This document shows, piece after piece, positions 48,772 through 59,461 of a stretch of DNA of 64,000 bases. The stretch is from a virus. The notes beneath the pieces were generated by a model that did no database searches, was not told where the DNA came from, and saw nothing but the letters and a program-made list of their open reading frames with translations. The stretch covers positions 17,319-81,318 of IMG/VR virus record IMGVR_UViG_3300030061_003724; one strand, 5' to 3'. Every line of letters begins with the position of its first letter. The first letter of the stretch is position 1. Both the position numbers and the translations under genes were made by a program.

Positions 48772-50259
48772 TTACGCTATATATATTGTGTAGGGCACTT
48801 GTTGTAACTCAACCATCTTTGATTCAGCTTCAGATGCTCTTCTATTTAATAATGCTTGTCTTGACGTTTCATCAAGGTATGTTCTTAATCTTTCTATTAA
48901 TGCTGTTTTTTCAGCTGTAGCTGCAGAAATTAAATCTCCTTGATTTAAATTTACTTCGGCATTAGGTATTGGGATACTACTATATTTTCCTCTTACATAC
49001 CCTAACATTTCTTTACATAATGCTAATGTGTATTCAAATATCCAACTTCTACCTACTGAATTAATTTGATTATAATCAGGATTTGAATAAGGTGTATTTG
49101 ATACATTAGTTACTCTATCAGGCATTAATTGAATTGAACTTGAAACTCTTTCATCTCTTAAAATATATTCAAACCAAACTTTTCCTGCTACACAAACTTC
49201 ACTTAAATCACTTTGATTTACTTTAAATACTGCATCTCCAGATACTGATTGGAATCCTAATCCTTCTAAAGTTGTTTGTGTGATTGTAATTTCATCATCT
49301 ACTACATATCCACTACCTGTTGTTATTACTGTAATTTCTGTAATTACTGAACCATTACCTGTTATTGTTCCTGTTGCACCACTTCCTGATTTTGCTGTTA
49401 ATGGTGTAGCTGCTGATGTTTGAGCTATACTTGCATTTGGAACTGTTGTTGCAGGTATTTTATCTCCAACAATTAGAGAACTACCTGATGCAATATATTC
49501 ATCTACATCCCCTTGATTAAATTCTGGTATAGGGAATATTCTTAACATGTCATTTTTAATCTCAAATGAATAATTAGACATTCTAACCATTTCATTCATT
49601 TCGATTTGTTGTATTACTTGTAAGTCATAGTTTAATGGAGCCATTAAATAACCCATTCCTTGACCAAACCCTCCAAATCCAACAATACCAGCTGCTACTG
49701 CTCCTCCAAATCCAAATCCATTATAAGGATCTAAATATCTTGCTGATGCTGGGAATGGTGGTTGATAAAATACTCTTTTTACTTCAAGACCTAAAGCATA
49801 TTGTGAACCTGTGTATCCACTAGCTGTCATAAATGTTGAAAATGAATAATCTTGAACACTTGAAGTTAAATTAAATGAACCAGTATAATAAGGAACATTT
49901 CCTCCTGATCCTGCTTCTGCACCATATTGTTCTGTTAATCTTACAATAGGTTCAAAACTTGGTGTTATAAGTGAATGATTTAAGTCACTACCAGTAGACG
50001 ATCCTTCTAATGATAATTGATTATCTCGTATTTTATACGCATAAATTTCATTACCATAAGTTGTTACAGCTTCTTCAAAAGCAGTAAACATAGAAGAAGA
50101 TTGTAATTCAATATCTGTTAGAGGGTATCCTAATCTAGAAGCGACAAATTTTGCAACTTTTACAGCATCAGTTCTAAAATCAGCATCGGCATTATAAAAT
50201 CCAAAAGGTACTGAATCTGCATTCCAAATTGGGCAACCATCATAAATTGGTACATTCAT
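48772..50259 (-). CDS. Neck/head-tail adaptor (gp13-like) with an inserted beta domain
   Basis: RLGYP..DIEL N-terminus; WIFEYTLAL.KE.LG.VRGKY...P...V.LN C-terminus. Confidence 0.8.
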   Translation of the reverse strand: MNVPIYDGCPIWNADSVPFGFYNADADFRTDAVKVAKFVASRLGYPLTDIELQSSSMFTAFEEAVTTYGNEIYAYKIRDNQLSLEGSSTGSDLNHSLITPSFEPIVRLTEQYGAEAGSGGNVPYYTGSFNLTSSVQDYSFSTFMTASGYTGSQYALGLEVKRVFYQPPFPASARYLDPYNGFGFGGAVAAGIVGFGGFGQGMGYLMAPLNYDLQVIQQIEMNEMVRMSNYSFEIKNDMLRIFPIPEFNQGDVDEYIASGSSLIVGDKIPATTVPNASIAQTSAATPLTAKSGSGATGTITGNGSVITEITVITTGSGYVVDDEITITQTTLEGLGFQSVSGDAVFKVNQSDLSEVCVAGKVWFEYILRDERVSSSIQLMPDRVTNVSNTPYSNPDYNQINSVGRSWIFEYTLALCKEMLGYVRGKYSSIPIPNAEVNLNQGDLISAATAEKTALIERLRTYLDETSRQALLNRRASEAESKMVELQQVPYTIYIA

Positions 50260-50272
50260 AAGTAGTATTTTG

Positions 50273-50309
50273 TTATAAATATGAAATTTATTTTTATTAT
50301 TATAAATAT
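50273..50309 (-). promoter_or_regulatory. Tandem class-2 promoter candidates
   Basis: ATATTTATAA at 50273-50282 and 50300-50309, just past the capsid terminator. Confidence 0.6.
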
Positions 50310-50310
50310 G

Positions 50311-50338
50311 AAAAAAAAGCCCCGCTAATGCGGGGCTT
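50311..50338 (-). terminator. Rho-independent terminator after the major capsid gene
   Basis: AAGCCCCGC-ATTA-GCGGGGCTT followed by a T run. Confidence 0.9.
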
Positions 50339-50363
50339 AATTTCGATTTATATTAATCTATAA

Positions 50364-52097
50364 TTATAGAGTATTTAAACCATTCACTTCGATAATACCA
50401 TAGAATTCTGGTCTAACCATTTTCTTCGCATATCTAGTAAGTAATCCCTTTCTTGGAGTGAAAGTATCTGGATCATATACTAATGGAGTCATGATTAACG
50501 GAATGTATGGAGCGAATACAGCACCACTTTCTAGGAACTGAGAACCTCTAAATCCTAATAAGATTTTGTTTTCAGTCATATAAGGGTTTTTGTATACTTT
50601 ATATCTACCGTTGATTGAACCAACTTTTTGTACACCAAATGCATAGTTAGCTTTAGCAGCATCACCATCTGAATCAGCAGCAAATCCTGGAATAGATTCT
50701 AAGATTGTACCTACAGTTGGAGAACATACTAAGAAATTAGCACCACCTCTAAGAGTTTTCTGGTGAATAATGTTGCTCAATTTTTGGATTTTAGTTCCTA
50801 AAGTTTGGAACCATTGTCCTTGTGAATTGTAGAAATTTAAATCACTTGTAGCTCCAGAAGAGTGTACAATTGATCTGTTGTTAACAGCTGACCATACTTC
50901 TGTTCCAGCAGCAGCGTCATCAATTAACATACTTAAGATTTCTAAATCAATCTCTAATGAGATATACTCACTTAAGATTGAAGTTAATTCTGCCTCAGCG
51001 TCTAATGCATGGTATGCATTTAAGTCCTGAGCGAATTCTGGAGTCCACACAGCTTTTAACTTTCTAGTTTTAGCAACGATAGCAGATGATTTCATCTGAA
51101 TGTTGATTTCTGGAATGATTTGCTCTGGGCAGCATCCTGCTGCTACACCTGATCCGCTTTCGTTGTTGTAAGCGTTAGGTACTGGGTTTCCAGCTTCAAA
51201 GTCACCTCTGTACTTGTCAGTAGGTTGAATTTGATATACTACTGATACTACGTCACCGTTAGCTACCTCAGTTCCACCATTTGCTAATGAAGCAGAAGGT
51301 ACGATAAAGTATACGTGTCCTTCACCTTCGTATCTAGTGAATTGAGATAATTGGTGTCCTGCAGATCCTGTTACAGTTAAGTTCAAGTTATCAGAAGCTG
51401 GGTTAGCTTGTGAACCTGAGAATAACTGGAATCCTGCTACACCTTTGAAATCACCATATGCTAAAGAAGCAGTAGGAACTCCAACTTTTACATATACGTT
51501 ATCAGCAGCGATTGATGCAGAATAATCAGAATCATAATCCATATCTTTCCAAGTAGCGTTTGCTACAGTAGTTACACCTGACATAGATTGTGTATTTTGG
51601 ACAGAATATCCAAATCTACCTGCACCATAAAGTCCACCTTGGTTTGTGTTACCAAAAGGAGCAGTATCTGCAGTAGTATTACCATATAAACTGTTTCCAG
51701 CTTTGAATGGTGATTTGTCGTTTCCATATTGGAAATCTAGGAAGAATACTAGACCAGAAGGTAAGTTCATTGGTTGAACGCTAACAAATTCTTTTGCTGC
51801 GATCTGTCCAAATACTTTTCTTACTAATGGTAAAGCAACTCCAGCCCACTGACCACCAATGTTAGTAGCAGTTTGGCTTTGGAAAGTTCCTGAAGAAGCA
51901 GCGCCTCCACCAGTTGAACTTTGCTCAACGACAAGTTGTTTAGCTTGGTTTTCAAGAATAATACCCATGTTATTTTTGTGGGCACCTTCTAAACCTTCTA
52001 ATAGACCTGTCTTTTCCCACTTACCAGCTAATTTAGCTGCATCACTCTGTAGTGATTGGTAAGGGTTAGCACTTTCTAAAAGAGAATTTAAACTCAT
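50364..52097 (-). CDS. Major capsid protein (T4 gp23-like)
   Basis: LLEGL, ILENQ, VQPM..PSGLVF, AKTRKLKAVWTPEFAQDL.A.H, APYIPL, TRY. Confidence 0.96.
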   Translation of the reverse strand: MSLNSLLESANPYQSLQSDAAKLAGKWEKTGLLEGLEGAHKNNMGIILENQAKQLVVEQSSTGGGAASSGTFQSQTATNIGGQWAGVALPLVRKVFGQIAAKEFVSVQPMNLPSGLVFFLDFQYGNDKSPFKAGNSLYGNTTADTAPFGNTNQGGLYGAGRFGYSVQNTQSMSGVTTVANATWKDMDYDSDYSASIAADNVYVKVGVPTASLAYGDFKGVAGFQLFSGSQANPASDNLNLTVTGSAGHQLSQFTRYEGEGHVYFIVPSASLANGGTEVANGDVVSVVYQIQPTDKYRGDFEAGNPVPNAYNNESGSGVAAGCCPEQIIPEINIQMKSSAIVAKTRKLKAVWTPEFAQDLNAYHALDAEAELTSILSEYISLEIDLEILSMLIDDAAAGTEVWSAVNNRSIVHSSGATSDLNFYNSQGQWFQTLGTKIQKLSNIIHQKTLRGGANFLVCSPTVGTILESIPGFAADSDGDAAKANYAFGVQKVGSINGRYKVYKNPYMTENKILLGFRGSQFLESGAVFAPYIPLIMTPLVYDPDTFTPRKGLLTRYAKKMVRPEFYGIIEVNGLNTL

Positions 52098-52129
52098 TTT
52101 TTCTAATTTTAATTGTTAATAATAGTTTT

Positions 52130-53494
52130 TTACAATAAACCGGCTAGCTTACGCATACGGTTATACACATCATTTGACTCAATGATTGGCTGTTTAGCTG
52201 CTTTTGGTTCTAAACCACTAGCTTTTGAAGCTGCACCCTTTTTGATTGATTCATTAATTGGAGATTTATCTAATAAACCTTCAGATAATGTTTCAAAAAT
52301 TGTTTTAGCTTGTCTAACATCTTTCGCTTTGTCAAACGCTTTTAATACCTTAACTTTTTTACTTTCAGTTAAGTTTTTAGCTTTAAAGATTTTGTTAGTG
52401 TAAAGTAATTTAGCGTTTAATAGATTTACTTCGTTTAGTTCAGCTTTTAACTCATTTACTTGAGCGATTGCGTCTTCTAATTCTTCTTTAAATCTCATTT
52501 TTTCAGTTTCCTTTTCGATTTTAGTGTCATCTTTGTCACCATCCTCGTTTCCAGGTCCCTTTTCACCTTTTACTCTAGATCTTTCGTCTAACTCTTCTTT
52601 TTTCGCTTCGTCGATTTCTACGTCTACGTCTACGTCGTCTTCAACTTCAATGTCTTCAACGTCTTCAACTTCAACTTCGTCTTCAACGAATTCGTCACCT
52701 GGTTCAATTTCACCATCAGCGACCATGTCTTTAATGACATCTTCGATAAATCCTTTAAGGTCGTCTTCTGACATGTCTTCTAGGTCGATTTCTTCATCGT
52801 CCATATCGTCTTCCATGTCTTCTTTTTCGTCCTTCATACCATCCAAGTAGCCTTCTTCTTCAGCATCAGTTCTAGCATCTTCCTTAACGTCTTCTTTGTC
52901 CTCAGCTTTTTTAGCTTCGTCCATTTTCTTGTCGTCTTCGTCTTTTGCTTCTTTAACGTCGTCTTTGTCTTCAGCTTTTTTAGCTTCGTCCATTTTCTTG
53001 TCGTCTTCTTTTTCTTCTGATACTTTCATTTTCTTAAGTTCAGCTTCGATGTCGTCTTTAGCGTCTTCGAATCCGTCCTTATAGCCTTCTTGTTCAGCGT
53101 CAGTACGTTTGTTTTCGTCTACCTTATCAGAATCATCAAGCTCAGCTAATAGCTCGTCAAGATCAATTTCCTCATCGATTTCCTCATCCTCATTAATTGA
53201 ATAATTAGGTGTACTTTGTCCAACCTTTTTAGGGTCTTTTAAAGTAACTGAGTCACTTCGACTTGGGTTATTCTTGTCGTTCCAGCTAACAGCATCCATT
53301 TCCTCAACTTTCTCTTCTTCTTCTTTTACTTCCTTCTCATCTTTTTTATCCATTTCATCTAACTTTGCAGCTAGCATAGATTTAAGATGGGGAGTGAAAG
53401 CTTCTTCAAGAGCAAGTTTAGCATTCGCGATTGCAGTTTCCCTAATGGCTTTAGCATCGGCGATTGCTTCAGTTAGCAAATTATTTGTTGCCAT
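52130..53494 (-). CDS. Prohead scaffold protein
   Basis: Very acidic coiled coil between protease and capsid; terminal RMRKLAGL. Confidence 0.8.
   Translation of the reverse strand: MATNNLLTEAIADAKAIRETAIANAKLALEEAFTPHLKSMLAAKLDEMDKKDEKEVKEEEEKVEEMDAVSWNDKNNPSRSDSVTLKDPKKVGQSTPNYSINEDEEIDEEIDLDELLAELDDSDKVDENKRTDAEQEGYKDGFEDAKDDIEAELKKMKVSEEKEDDKKMDEAKKAEDKDDVKEAKDEDDKKMDEAKKAEDKEDVKEDARTDAEEEGYLDGMKDEKEDMEDDMDDEEIDLEDMSEDDLKGFIEDVIKDMVADGEIEPGDEFVEDEVEVEDVEDIEVEDDVDVDVEIDEAKKEELDERSRVKGEKGPGNEDGDKDDTKIEKETEKMRFKEELEDAIAQVNELKAELNEVNLLNAKLLYTNKIFKAKNLTESKKVKVLKAFDKAKDVRQAKTIFETLSEGLLDKSPINESIKKGAASKASGLEPKAAKQPIIESNDVYNRMRKLAGLL
52881..53010 (-). repeat. 69-bp tandem duplication in the scaffold gene
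   Basis: EDDKKMDEAKKAEDK(D/E)DVKE encoded twice with a 69-nt period. Confidence 0.85.
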
Positions 53495-53619
53495 AATCCC
53501 AAAATTTAGTTTGTGAAATACGATTATTAAGAATCGTAATAGAAATTATTAATTACTCACACCATATAAAGATACTCATGGTGTATTACATTTATACGTA
53601 TATGTAGATTTATTAAAAA

Positions 53620-54222
53620 TTAAAGAACTGGGCAAGAGCCTTTAGAACAGAGAATTTCTGTTACTATTTGATTTACTTTAGTATAATCATATACTTGTGG
53701 TGCCTTACCTTCTTTAATTACTTCATGCATATATGAACCTGGGTTTGAAGGAGTTGATACAAAGTCCCAACATAATAATTCAAAATCATCTTGTACTTCC
53801 ATCATACCACCTCTTTGTTCTAATGAACCCATACCTCTAGATGATACACCTACTGTTACACCACTTTTAATTATTTCTTTTAATATGTTACCTGAAGGGG
53901 TAGGTAAAATTTCTATTTTACCCATTACATTATCTCCATCCCACCAAAATTCTGTAATTAAGTGAGATACATTTTTTAAATTTACTACTGATGATTCAGG
54001 GTGGTCTAATTCTCCCATTGAACGTCTTTGTTCGATAAGTTCATTATACTTATCCATTTCGCGTTCCCATAACTCTTTAGCATAGTACCTACCATTACCG
54101 TTTTTTACTTCAGCTGTTGCTAGAACACCTTCAACTAATAAATTTCCATCAGAAGAGATATTTTCTGTTAGTTGTTGGGGTGACGCCTTAAACGCATGCG
54201 TTTCAATTAGTAATGTCTTCAT
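53620..54222 (-). CDS. Prohead protease (gp21-like)
   Basis: NGNGRYY, GELDHP, VSH, GVSSRG.GS, DFVSTPS. Confidence 0.93.
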   Translation of the reverse strand: MKTLLIETHAFKASPQQLTENISSDGNLLVEGVLATAEVKNGNGRYYAKELWEREMDKYNELIEQRRSMGELDHPESSVVNLKNVSHLITEFWWDGDNVMGKIEILPTPSGNILKEIIKSGVTVGVSSRGMGSLEQRGGMMEVQDDFELLCWDFVSTPSNPGSYMHEVIKEGKAPQVYDYTKVNQIVTEILCSKGSCPVL

Positions 54223-54234
54223 ATAGTAACTTAA

Positions 54235-55566
54235 TTAGTCTTTGTAATTACCAACGTAATCACGATTAATTGCACCAGCTATTTTTTCGGCATCTTCTCT
54301 TGATTTACCTTGATCCATGATTTTATCAACTACACTATCAAATGATTCATCTACTTCTGTAGTTTCATCAACCATTTCTTCTTTTTTATATCTTTTACCA
54401 CAAGATTTTTCATACAATTTTTCCATCTTAGCTTTTTTCTTTTCTAAAAGCTTGATTTCTCTTTGCATTTGCTTCATTTTAGCTTTATCAATTAATTCTT
54501 TTAGATTTTCATCTTCATTAATTGAATTAACTCTTTCTACTTTTTCAGCAATAAAATCATGTAAAAAGTTTAATTGAGCTTCTAATTTAACAGCTTCAGC
54601 TTCTTTACCTATTTCAGCTAATTTGGAATCGATTGACTCTTTTTTCATTTTTTTCTTTTTCTTATCTTTAAGAGCTTTTTCCATTGATTCTTCTTTATCT
54701 CCATCACCATCTACATCTGGGTAGTCAGGTCTTTTTTCTTCATCCATACCTGCTGCTTCTTGAGATGACTCAATTGCTTTTTGTCTTGCTGCATCAGCTT
54801 CATCCATAGGAAGATCTTTTTCTTTATTTTCTTCCATAAATAAATCTAGTGAATTAGGTTTTTCATTTAAACCATTTTCCTCTAACATTTTATTAATTAC
54901 TTCAGCTGACATTGCTGCAAAGCTATTTGGGTTACCTGTAGTTGAAATTCCTTGGAAGTGTTCTTTAAGTACTTTAGTAACTTTATCTTCAATTGATTCT
55001 TTAACTGGTTGCATTTCAGAATCACCTTCTTTTAATTTTTCACTGTATCCACTACCCCCGTAAGTTTCACCATCATTTTCTTCAATTTTTTGTTCTTGGT
55101 ATCCTAAACCTTCAACTCCAAATTGACCTTCTTTTACATAATGTAAAGAATCTTTAGCTAAGTTTTTAATTACTTTAGCTTGTGCTTCTTCTAATGATAA
55201 TTCTGGGTTGTTTTTTATTTCGCAATAAACACCATTCATCATCTCTTGAGCATTAACATTATTAATGTTATCTACTTTAGGAGAATAATCATAATTATGT
55301 GAAGCAATATTTTCAACTTCTTTAGCTACTTTTTTCTCTTCAGCTTTAATTTTTTCTTCTTCTTCTTTAGTATTAACTTTCATATCGTTGTTAACGATAG
55401 GATTAAGTGATTTTTCACCTGCCTCGTTAATAAAGTTAAAGTATTTAGCTTCCCAACCTTCTTTTTCCGTTGGTTCTATTTTATTGATTGGCTGTAGATC
55501 AACATAGTTTTCTGTGATTAACTTTTGAGTTAATTCATCATGTAATTGATTTGCGTTTTTTTTCAT
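54235..55566 (-). CDS. Putative prohead core/internal protein
   Basis: Glu/Lys-rich; repeated (L/I/V)xE motifs; PDVDGDGDKEE EF-hand-like loop. Confidence 0.55.
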   Translation of the reverse strand: MKKNANQLHDELTQKLITENYVDLQPINKIEPTEKEGWEAKYFNFINEAGEKSLNPIVNNDMKVNTKEEEEKIKAEEKKVAKEVENIASHNYDYSPKVDNINNVNAQEMMNGVYCEIKNNPELSLEEAQAKVIKNLAKDSLHYVKEGQFGVEGLGYQEQKIEENDGETYGGSGYSEKLKEGDSEMQPVKESIEDKVTKVLKEHFQGISTTGNPNSFAAMSAEVINKMLEENGLNEKPNSLDLFMEENKEKDLPMDEADAARQKAIESSQEAAGMDEEKRPDYPDVDGDGDKEESMEKALKDKKKKKMKKESIDSKLAEIGKEAEAVKLEAQLNFLHDFIAEKVERVNSINEDENLKELIDKAKMKQMQREIKLLEKKKAKMEKLYEKSCGKRYKKEEMVDETTEVDESFDSVVDKIMDQGKSREDAEKIAGAINRDYVGNYKD

Positions 55567-55570
55567 CTTA

Positions 55571-55816
55571 CTATTGTTCTAATAATGTTTCTATATCTGC
55601 GATATAATCTTTAATTAAATCTGTTCCAGTTACAACCCCAAAACTTTTTGGGTTTTCTCTGTAATATTTTATTGTTTCAATTTTAGCTTGTCTTAAAGGT
55701 TTCTTTAAAGCCTCTAATTTATTTTCAATTTCATCAAAAGCATTAACTCTTTCTGATTGAAATACTTTAGCTTTATCTTCTTCTTCTTTGACAAGTTTAT
55801 ATTTCATGTTATACAT
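55571..55816 (-). CDS. Hypothetical head-region protein
   Basis: Short ORF in the head operon; MKYKLVKE leader. Confidence 0.6.
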   Translation of the reverse strand: MYNMKYKLVKEEEDKAKVFQSERVNAFDEIENKLEALKKPLRQAKIETIKYYRENPKSFGVVTGTDLIKDYIADIETLLEQ

Positions 55817-55817
55817 A

Positions 55818-56690
55818 TTAAAAAAGCTTCTTAACTTCAAGTCCTGAACCTTTTTGTACGTAAGTACCGTTTTTATTTTTAGGTACTAATTTATATTTAA
55901 ATTGTTTTGTATAAGCACTATCAGTAACTCCATCTGGACCTGCTGCAGGACCTGGACCTAATGTTGCTCCTGGGTCATTACTTTCTTGTACTGGTTTAAT
56001 TCTATCATTTCGGAATGTACCCATAAAGTTACCGTCAAATCTTACTTTTGCTGTGTCCTTAAATTGTTGAACAATTTCTCCAGTACCAAATATTTCTCCA
56101 TCTTTATCGTAAACATGAACTAAATCAATTACTTCATTAACTGAATTATCCATATACCCGACTAACCCTGATGGTTTAGTCATTTGGTATTTGTATCTTT
56201 TTTTCTTATTTTTACCTTTTAATTTAACAGGTTTTCTTACAAATGCATAAGGTGTATTATATGCGCCAGCTGCTCCAGACATTGATACTTCGTCTACATC
56301 TTCTTCATTTATACCCACTATATTTTTATATTCGTCTGGGTATTCGTTTCTTAAATGTGTTCTAATTTTGTTTCTTAGTTTACGAGCATCTTCATAAAAT
56401 TCTCTAAACTTTTTATCATCTTTAGTTTTAACATAAACTCTTTTAGCTACATCAACTAAATCATCCATTTCATCATATAACTTATCAAATCCAGGTAATT
56501 GAGTAATTTCCCATCTAACAGCTCCTGTTACTGGGTTTATATCAGTTATGGTTGATTTTCTTGTCCCATCATCACTATAAGTAACTTGACCAACCGCAAA
56601 ATCTTCTCCTGGTTTACGTTTTAGTTCTTTTTCTGCTTCTTCAGGTGAAGCAGTTTTGGACATTTCTTTAAGTTTATACTTGTACGGCAT
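55818..56690 (-). CDS. Putative head internal protein
   Basis: 290 aa; YKYKLKE leader, GAYNTPYAF motif. Confidence 0.6.
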   Translation of the reverse strand: MPYKYKLKEMSKTASPEEAEKELKRKPGEDFAVGQVTYSDDGTRKSTITDINPVTGAVRWEITQLPGFDKLYDEMDDLVDVAKRVYVKTKDDKKFREFYEDARKLRNKIRTHLRNEYPDEYKNIVGINEEDVDEVSMSGAAGAYNTPYAFVRKPVKLKGKNKKKRYKYQMTKPSGLVGYMDNSVNEVIDLVHVYDKDGEIFGTGEIVQQFKDTAKVRFDGNFMGTFRNDRIKPVQESNDPGATLGPGPAAGPDGVTDSAYTKQFKYKLVPKNKNGTYVQKGSGLEVKKLF

Positions 56691-57540
56691 TTGCTACTTG
56701 GATTTCTTTTACTAGTTCGTAATATTGTAACAAATCAACTAAATTATTATCACCTACTTTTTCTGCTTTATCTAATTCAGTTAACAATTTAGCTACTTCT
56801 GTTATCTTAATTTTAGTAGCTTTATCTTTTATGTTTTTTGATTCTTCACTTAGAATAGATTTTAATACTTGTACTTTACTATTGTAAAAATTTCTTAATG
56901 AAGGATTAGAATCAACTGAGTTTATGTATTCTTTAAGTACTTCTTTTTGTTCTGTACTTAACCCATCATATTTTTCATTAAATTTTTCAAGTAAAACTCT
57001 ATATGTAATTTGTCTTAAATCTTTATCATATTCTGAGAATTCATTTAAGACGTCACCTTTAACTTCTTTTTTAACTTCTTGTTTGGTTAAATATTCTAAT
57101 AATGTAACTTTATTATCGTTAATTTGATCAATATTAGTTACTTCTTTACTATTATGGCTTTCTATTAAAGTATAAATAGCTGCTATTTGTTTATAGTTAG
57201 ATATTTTAGAACCAAAGAAAGCTTCTAAATTATAATGTTTTTTAATTTCATTAATTAAACTATATTTTTGTTTTCTAAGGGCTGTTCTATTAAACTTTTT
57301 AGAATTTTCTAAAATAGTAGAAATAAAACTATTAGCTCTACCTTCATTTAAAACTTTAGATTTAATTATTGATTCATATAACTTATACTCACGACCTAAC
57401 TCAGTTTTTACAAAATATTCCTTTAACAATCCAATTGCTTTAGAATCTGTACCTTTTAGTGTGTCAGCGGTTATTTGTCTTACTAATAATTCGAATAATA
57501 TACCAGTATTTTTGTACTTTGAGTGTTTTATTTTCATCAA
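56674..57540 (-). CDS. Hypothetical head-region protein
   Basis: 288 aa, KHSKYKNTGILFELL start; follows the portal gene; class-2 motif at 57554-57563. Confidence 0.7.
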   Translation of the reverse strand: MMKIKHSKYKNTGILFELLVRQITADTLKGTDSKAIGLLKEYFVKTELGREYKLYESIIKSKVLNEGRANSFISTILENSKKFNRTALRKQKYSLINEIKKHYNLEAFFGSKISNYKQIAAIYTLIESHNSKEVTNIDQINDNKVTLLEYLTKQEVKKEVKGDVLNEFSEYDKDLRQITYRVLLEKFNEKYDGLSTEQKEVLKEYINSVDSNPSLRNFYNSKVQVLKSILSEESKNIKDKATKIKITEVAKLLTELDKAEKVGDNNLVDLLQYYELVKEIQVANAVQV

Positions 57541-57562
57541 AAAATATATTTATTTATAAATA

Positions 57563-59461
57563 TTAGGACTTTAGTTGAGATTCATTAAGTAATGAAGTAT
57601 CGTCCTTATCATCTTCAAATACTAATTGTTTTTTATTTAATTTTTTAAAAAGATCTTTATTCTTCATTAATGTTACTTTAGGGCTTTCAAATTCTCTAAG
57701 ACCTGGTCTTCCATCACCATCATTTTTATCTGTGTCTTTCATTCGTTTTACACCTAAAGGATCTTTTCCAAAATTATTATCTTGTTTTCCTCTACTACTA
57801 ATTGAATCTACTGGACGACCTAATTTAGGATCATCTTTAGCATAACCATCTGGCACATTTGCTGGATCTGATTGTGTTCTACCTAATCCATATAATGAAG
57901 CTAAATCATGAGGTGTACCATATGACTTACCAGTTGATACTGGGTCATTACCTTCTGCAGCAATTTGTTCATTTCTGAATTTACGTTTAGCATCTTCTCT
58001 AACTAAATCTCTATATTCATCATATTGGTCTTCACTAAAGTGATAAACATTATGATAAATCCAATCTGAAGGTACTAATCCTTGTTCTAATAATGAACCT
58101 GCTAATTCTGATTTTGATTTAAGTAGTTCTACTTTTTCTTGTTCGAATATAATTGACGGAGTAGTCATTGATAATTCGAAATTAGTTAATGTTTCATCTG
58201 TATAACCTTGAGTATATAAATGAACTAATGCTATTTTATTTAATTCTGATAGTACAATTCTTTGAATTCTATCAATTGTACGAGCGAATCTAATATCTTC
58301 AGCAGCTAATGTTGCTTTACCTTCTGTTGTTTCATCATATCCTAAAAATGCTTTAGGAATTTTAAGTGCTGCAAATAATTTATCTCTTAAATATTCTACA
58401 TCTTGAATACCATCATATGATAAACCTGGGGTAGTATCTATTTTAGTTGCACTATCATTACCTCTAACTGGTATATAGAAATCTTCTAACATGTTTTGCA
58501 TGTTATATTTTAAATTATATTCTCCAGTTCTTTCATCCATCATAGGAGTACGTTTCATGTTTGAAATAGTTTTCTGCATAAATGCTTCTATTTCATTTGG
58601 AGGTATAGAACCAACATTTACATAAAATACTCTTTTTTCTGGTGCACGAGCAATTCTATGAATTAACATCGCGTCTTCCATTAATGTATATTGTTTAAAC
58701 AATTTTCTAGCTGGTTCAATATAAGATCTACCATAAGGGAGGAAATTAACATCACCTACCATTCTAAAGTGAGCCATTTCATAATTGTCATAAGTAATAC
58801 CTCCTGTATCTTGATCAGGATTATTATTCATATTTGGCACATTATAGTAACCGTAAGAACCACCAGCAAAACCATCTGGATTCCATCTATATTTTACTTC
58901 AGCTGGGTTATCAGGATTAAACCCTTCCATTCTTTCAATATGATAAGCAGTATAAGGTATTACATTATAAACACCAAATTTTTCGGCAATTTCCATTTTT
59001 AAGAAAAAATCACCATACTTACACATTTGACGTATCCACATCCATAAATTAAATTCTACATTTAATACGTCATAAAATAAGTTATATAATATTTTTTGTA
59101 TGTCTTCGTTTGAACTTCTAATTTGAAGTACTTCACCCATATCATTTTTAAGTGTTGATTCATCAGCTATAATATCTAATGCAGAAGCAATAATTGCATC
59201 TGTATCCATTAAATCATATTCTGAGTATAATTGTGTTCTTAAGTATTGATAATTAAGGTTAAATTGTGCACCATATAAAGATGAAGGTGCTGTTGAATAA
59301 ACTCTATTAAATCTATCTACTAATGAATTTGTGGCATATTCTCCACTTGCTTGAATATGTCCTGAGTCGATTGTTTTTATTTGATTTCCACCAACGTTTC
59401 TAATAACAACGTCTGTTGAAAATAATCTTTGTAATCTTGAAAATATGCTTGTATTAGCCAT
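57563..59461 (-). CDS. Portal protein (gp20-like)
   Basis: LMEDAMLIHRIARAPEKRVFYVNVG, EDFYIP.RG, LFAALKIP. Confidence 0.95.
   Translation of the reverse strand: MANTSIFSRLQRLFSTDVVIRNVGGNQIKTIDSGHIQASGEYATNSLVDRFNRVYSTAPSSLYGAQFNLNYQYLRTQLYSEYDLMDTDAIIASALDIIADESTLKNDMGEVLQIRSSNEDIQKILYNLFYDVLNVEFNLWMWIRQMCKYGDFFLKMEIAEKFGVYNVIPYTAYHIERMEGFNPDNPAEVKYRWNPDGFAGGSYGYYNVPNMNNNPDQDTGGITYDNYEMAHFRMVGDVNFLPYGRSYIEPARKLFKQYTLMEDAMLIHRIARAPEKRVFYVNVGSIPPNEIEAFMQKTISNMKRTPMMDERTGEYNLKYNMQNMLEDFYIPVRGNDSATKIDTTPGLSYDGIQDVEYLRDKLFAALKIPKAFLGYDETTEGKATLAAEDIRFARTIDRIQRIVLSELNKIALVHLYTQGYTDETLTNFELSMTTPSIIFEQEKVELLKSKSELAGSLLEQGLVPSDWIYHNVYHFSEDQYDEYRDLVREDAKRKFRNEQIAAEGNDPVSTGKSYGTPHDLASLYGLGRTQSDPANVPDGYAKDDPKLGRPVDSISSRGKQDNNFGKDPLGVKRMKDTDKNDGDGRPGLREFESPKVTLMKNKDLFKKLNKKQLVFEDDKDDTSLLNESQLKS

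Noticed and set aside
52881-53010. CRISPR-like repeat array
   Set aside because: In-frame coding duplication without unique spacers; no cas genes in the window
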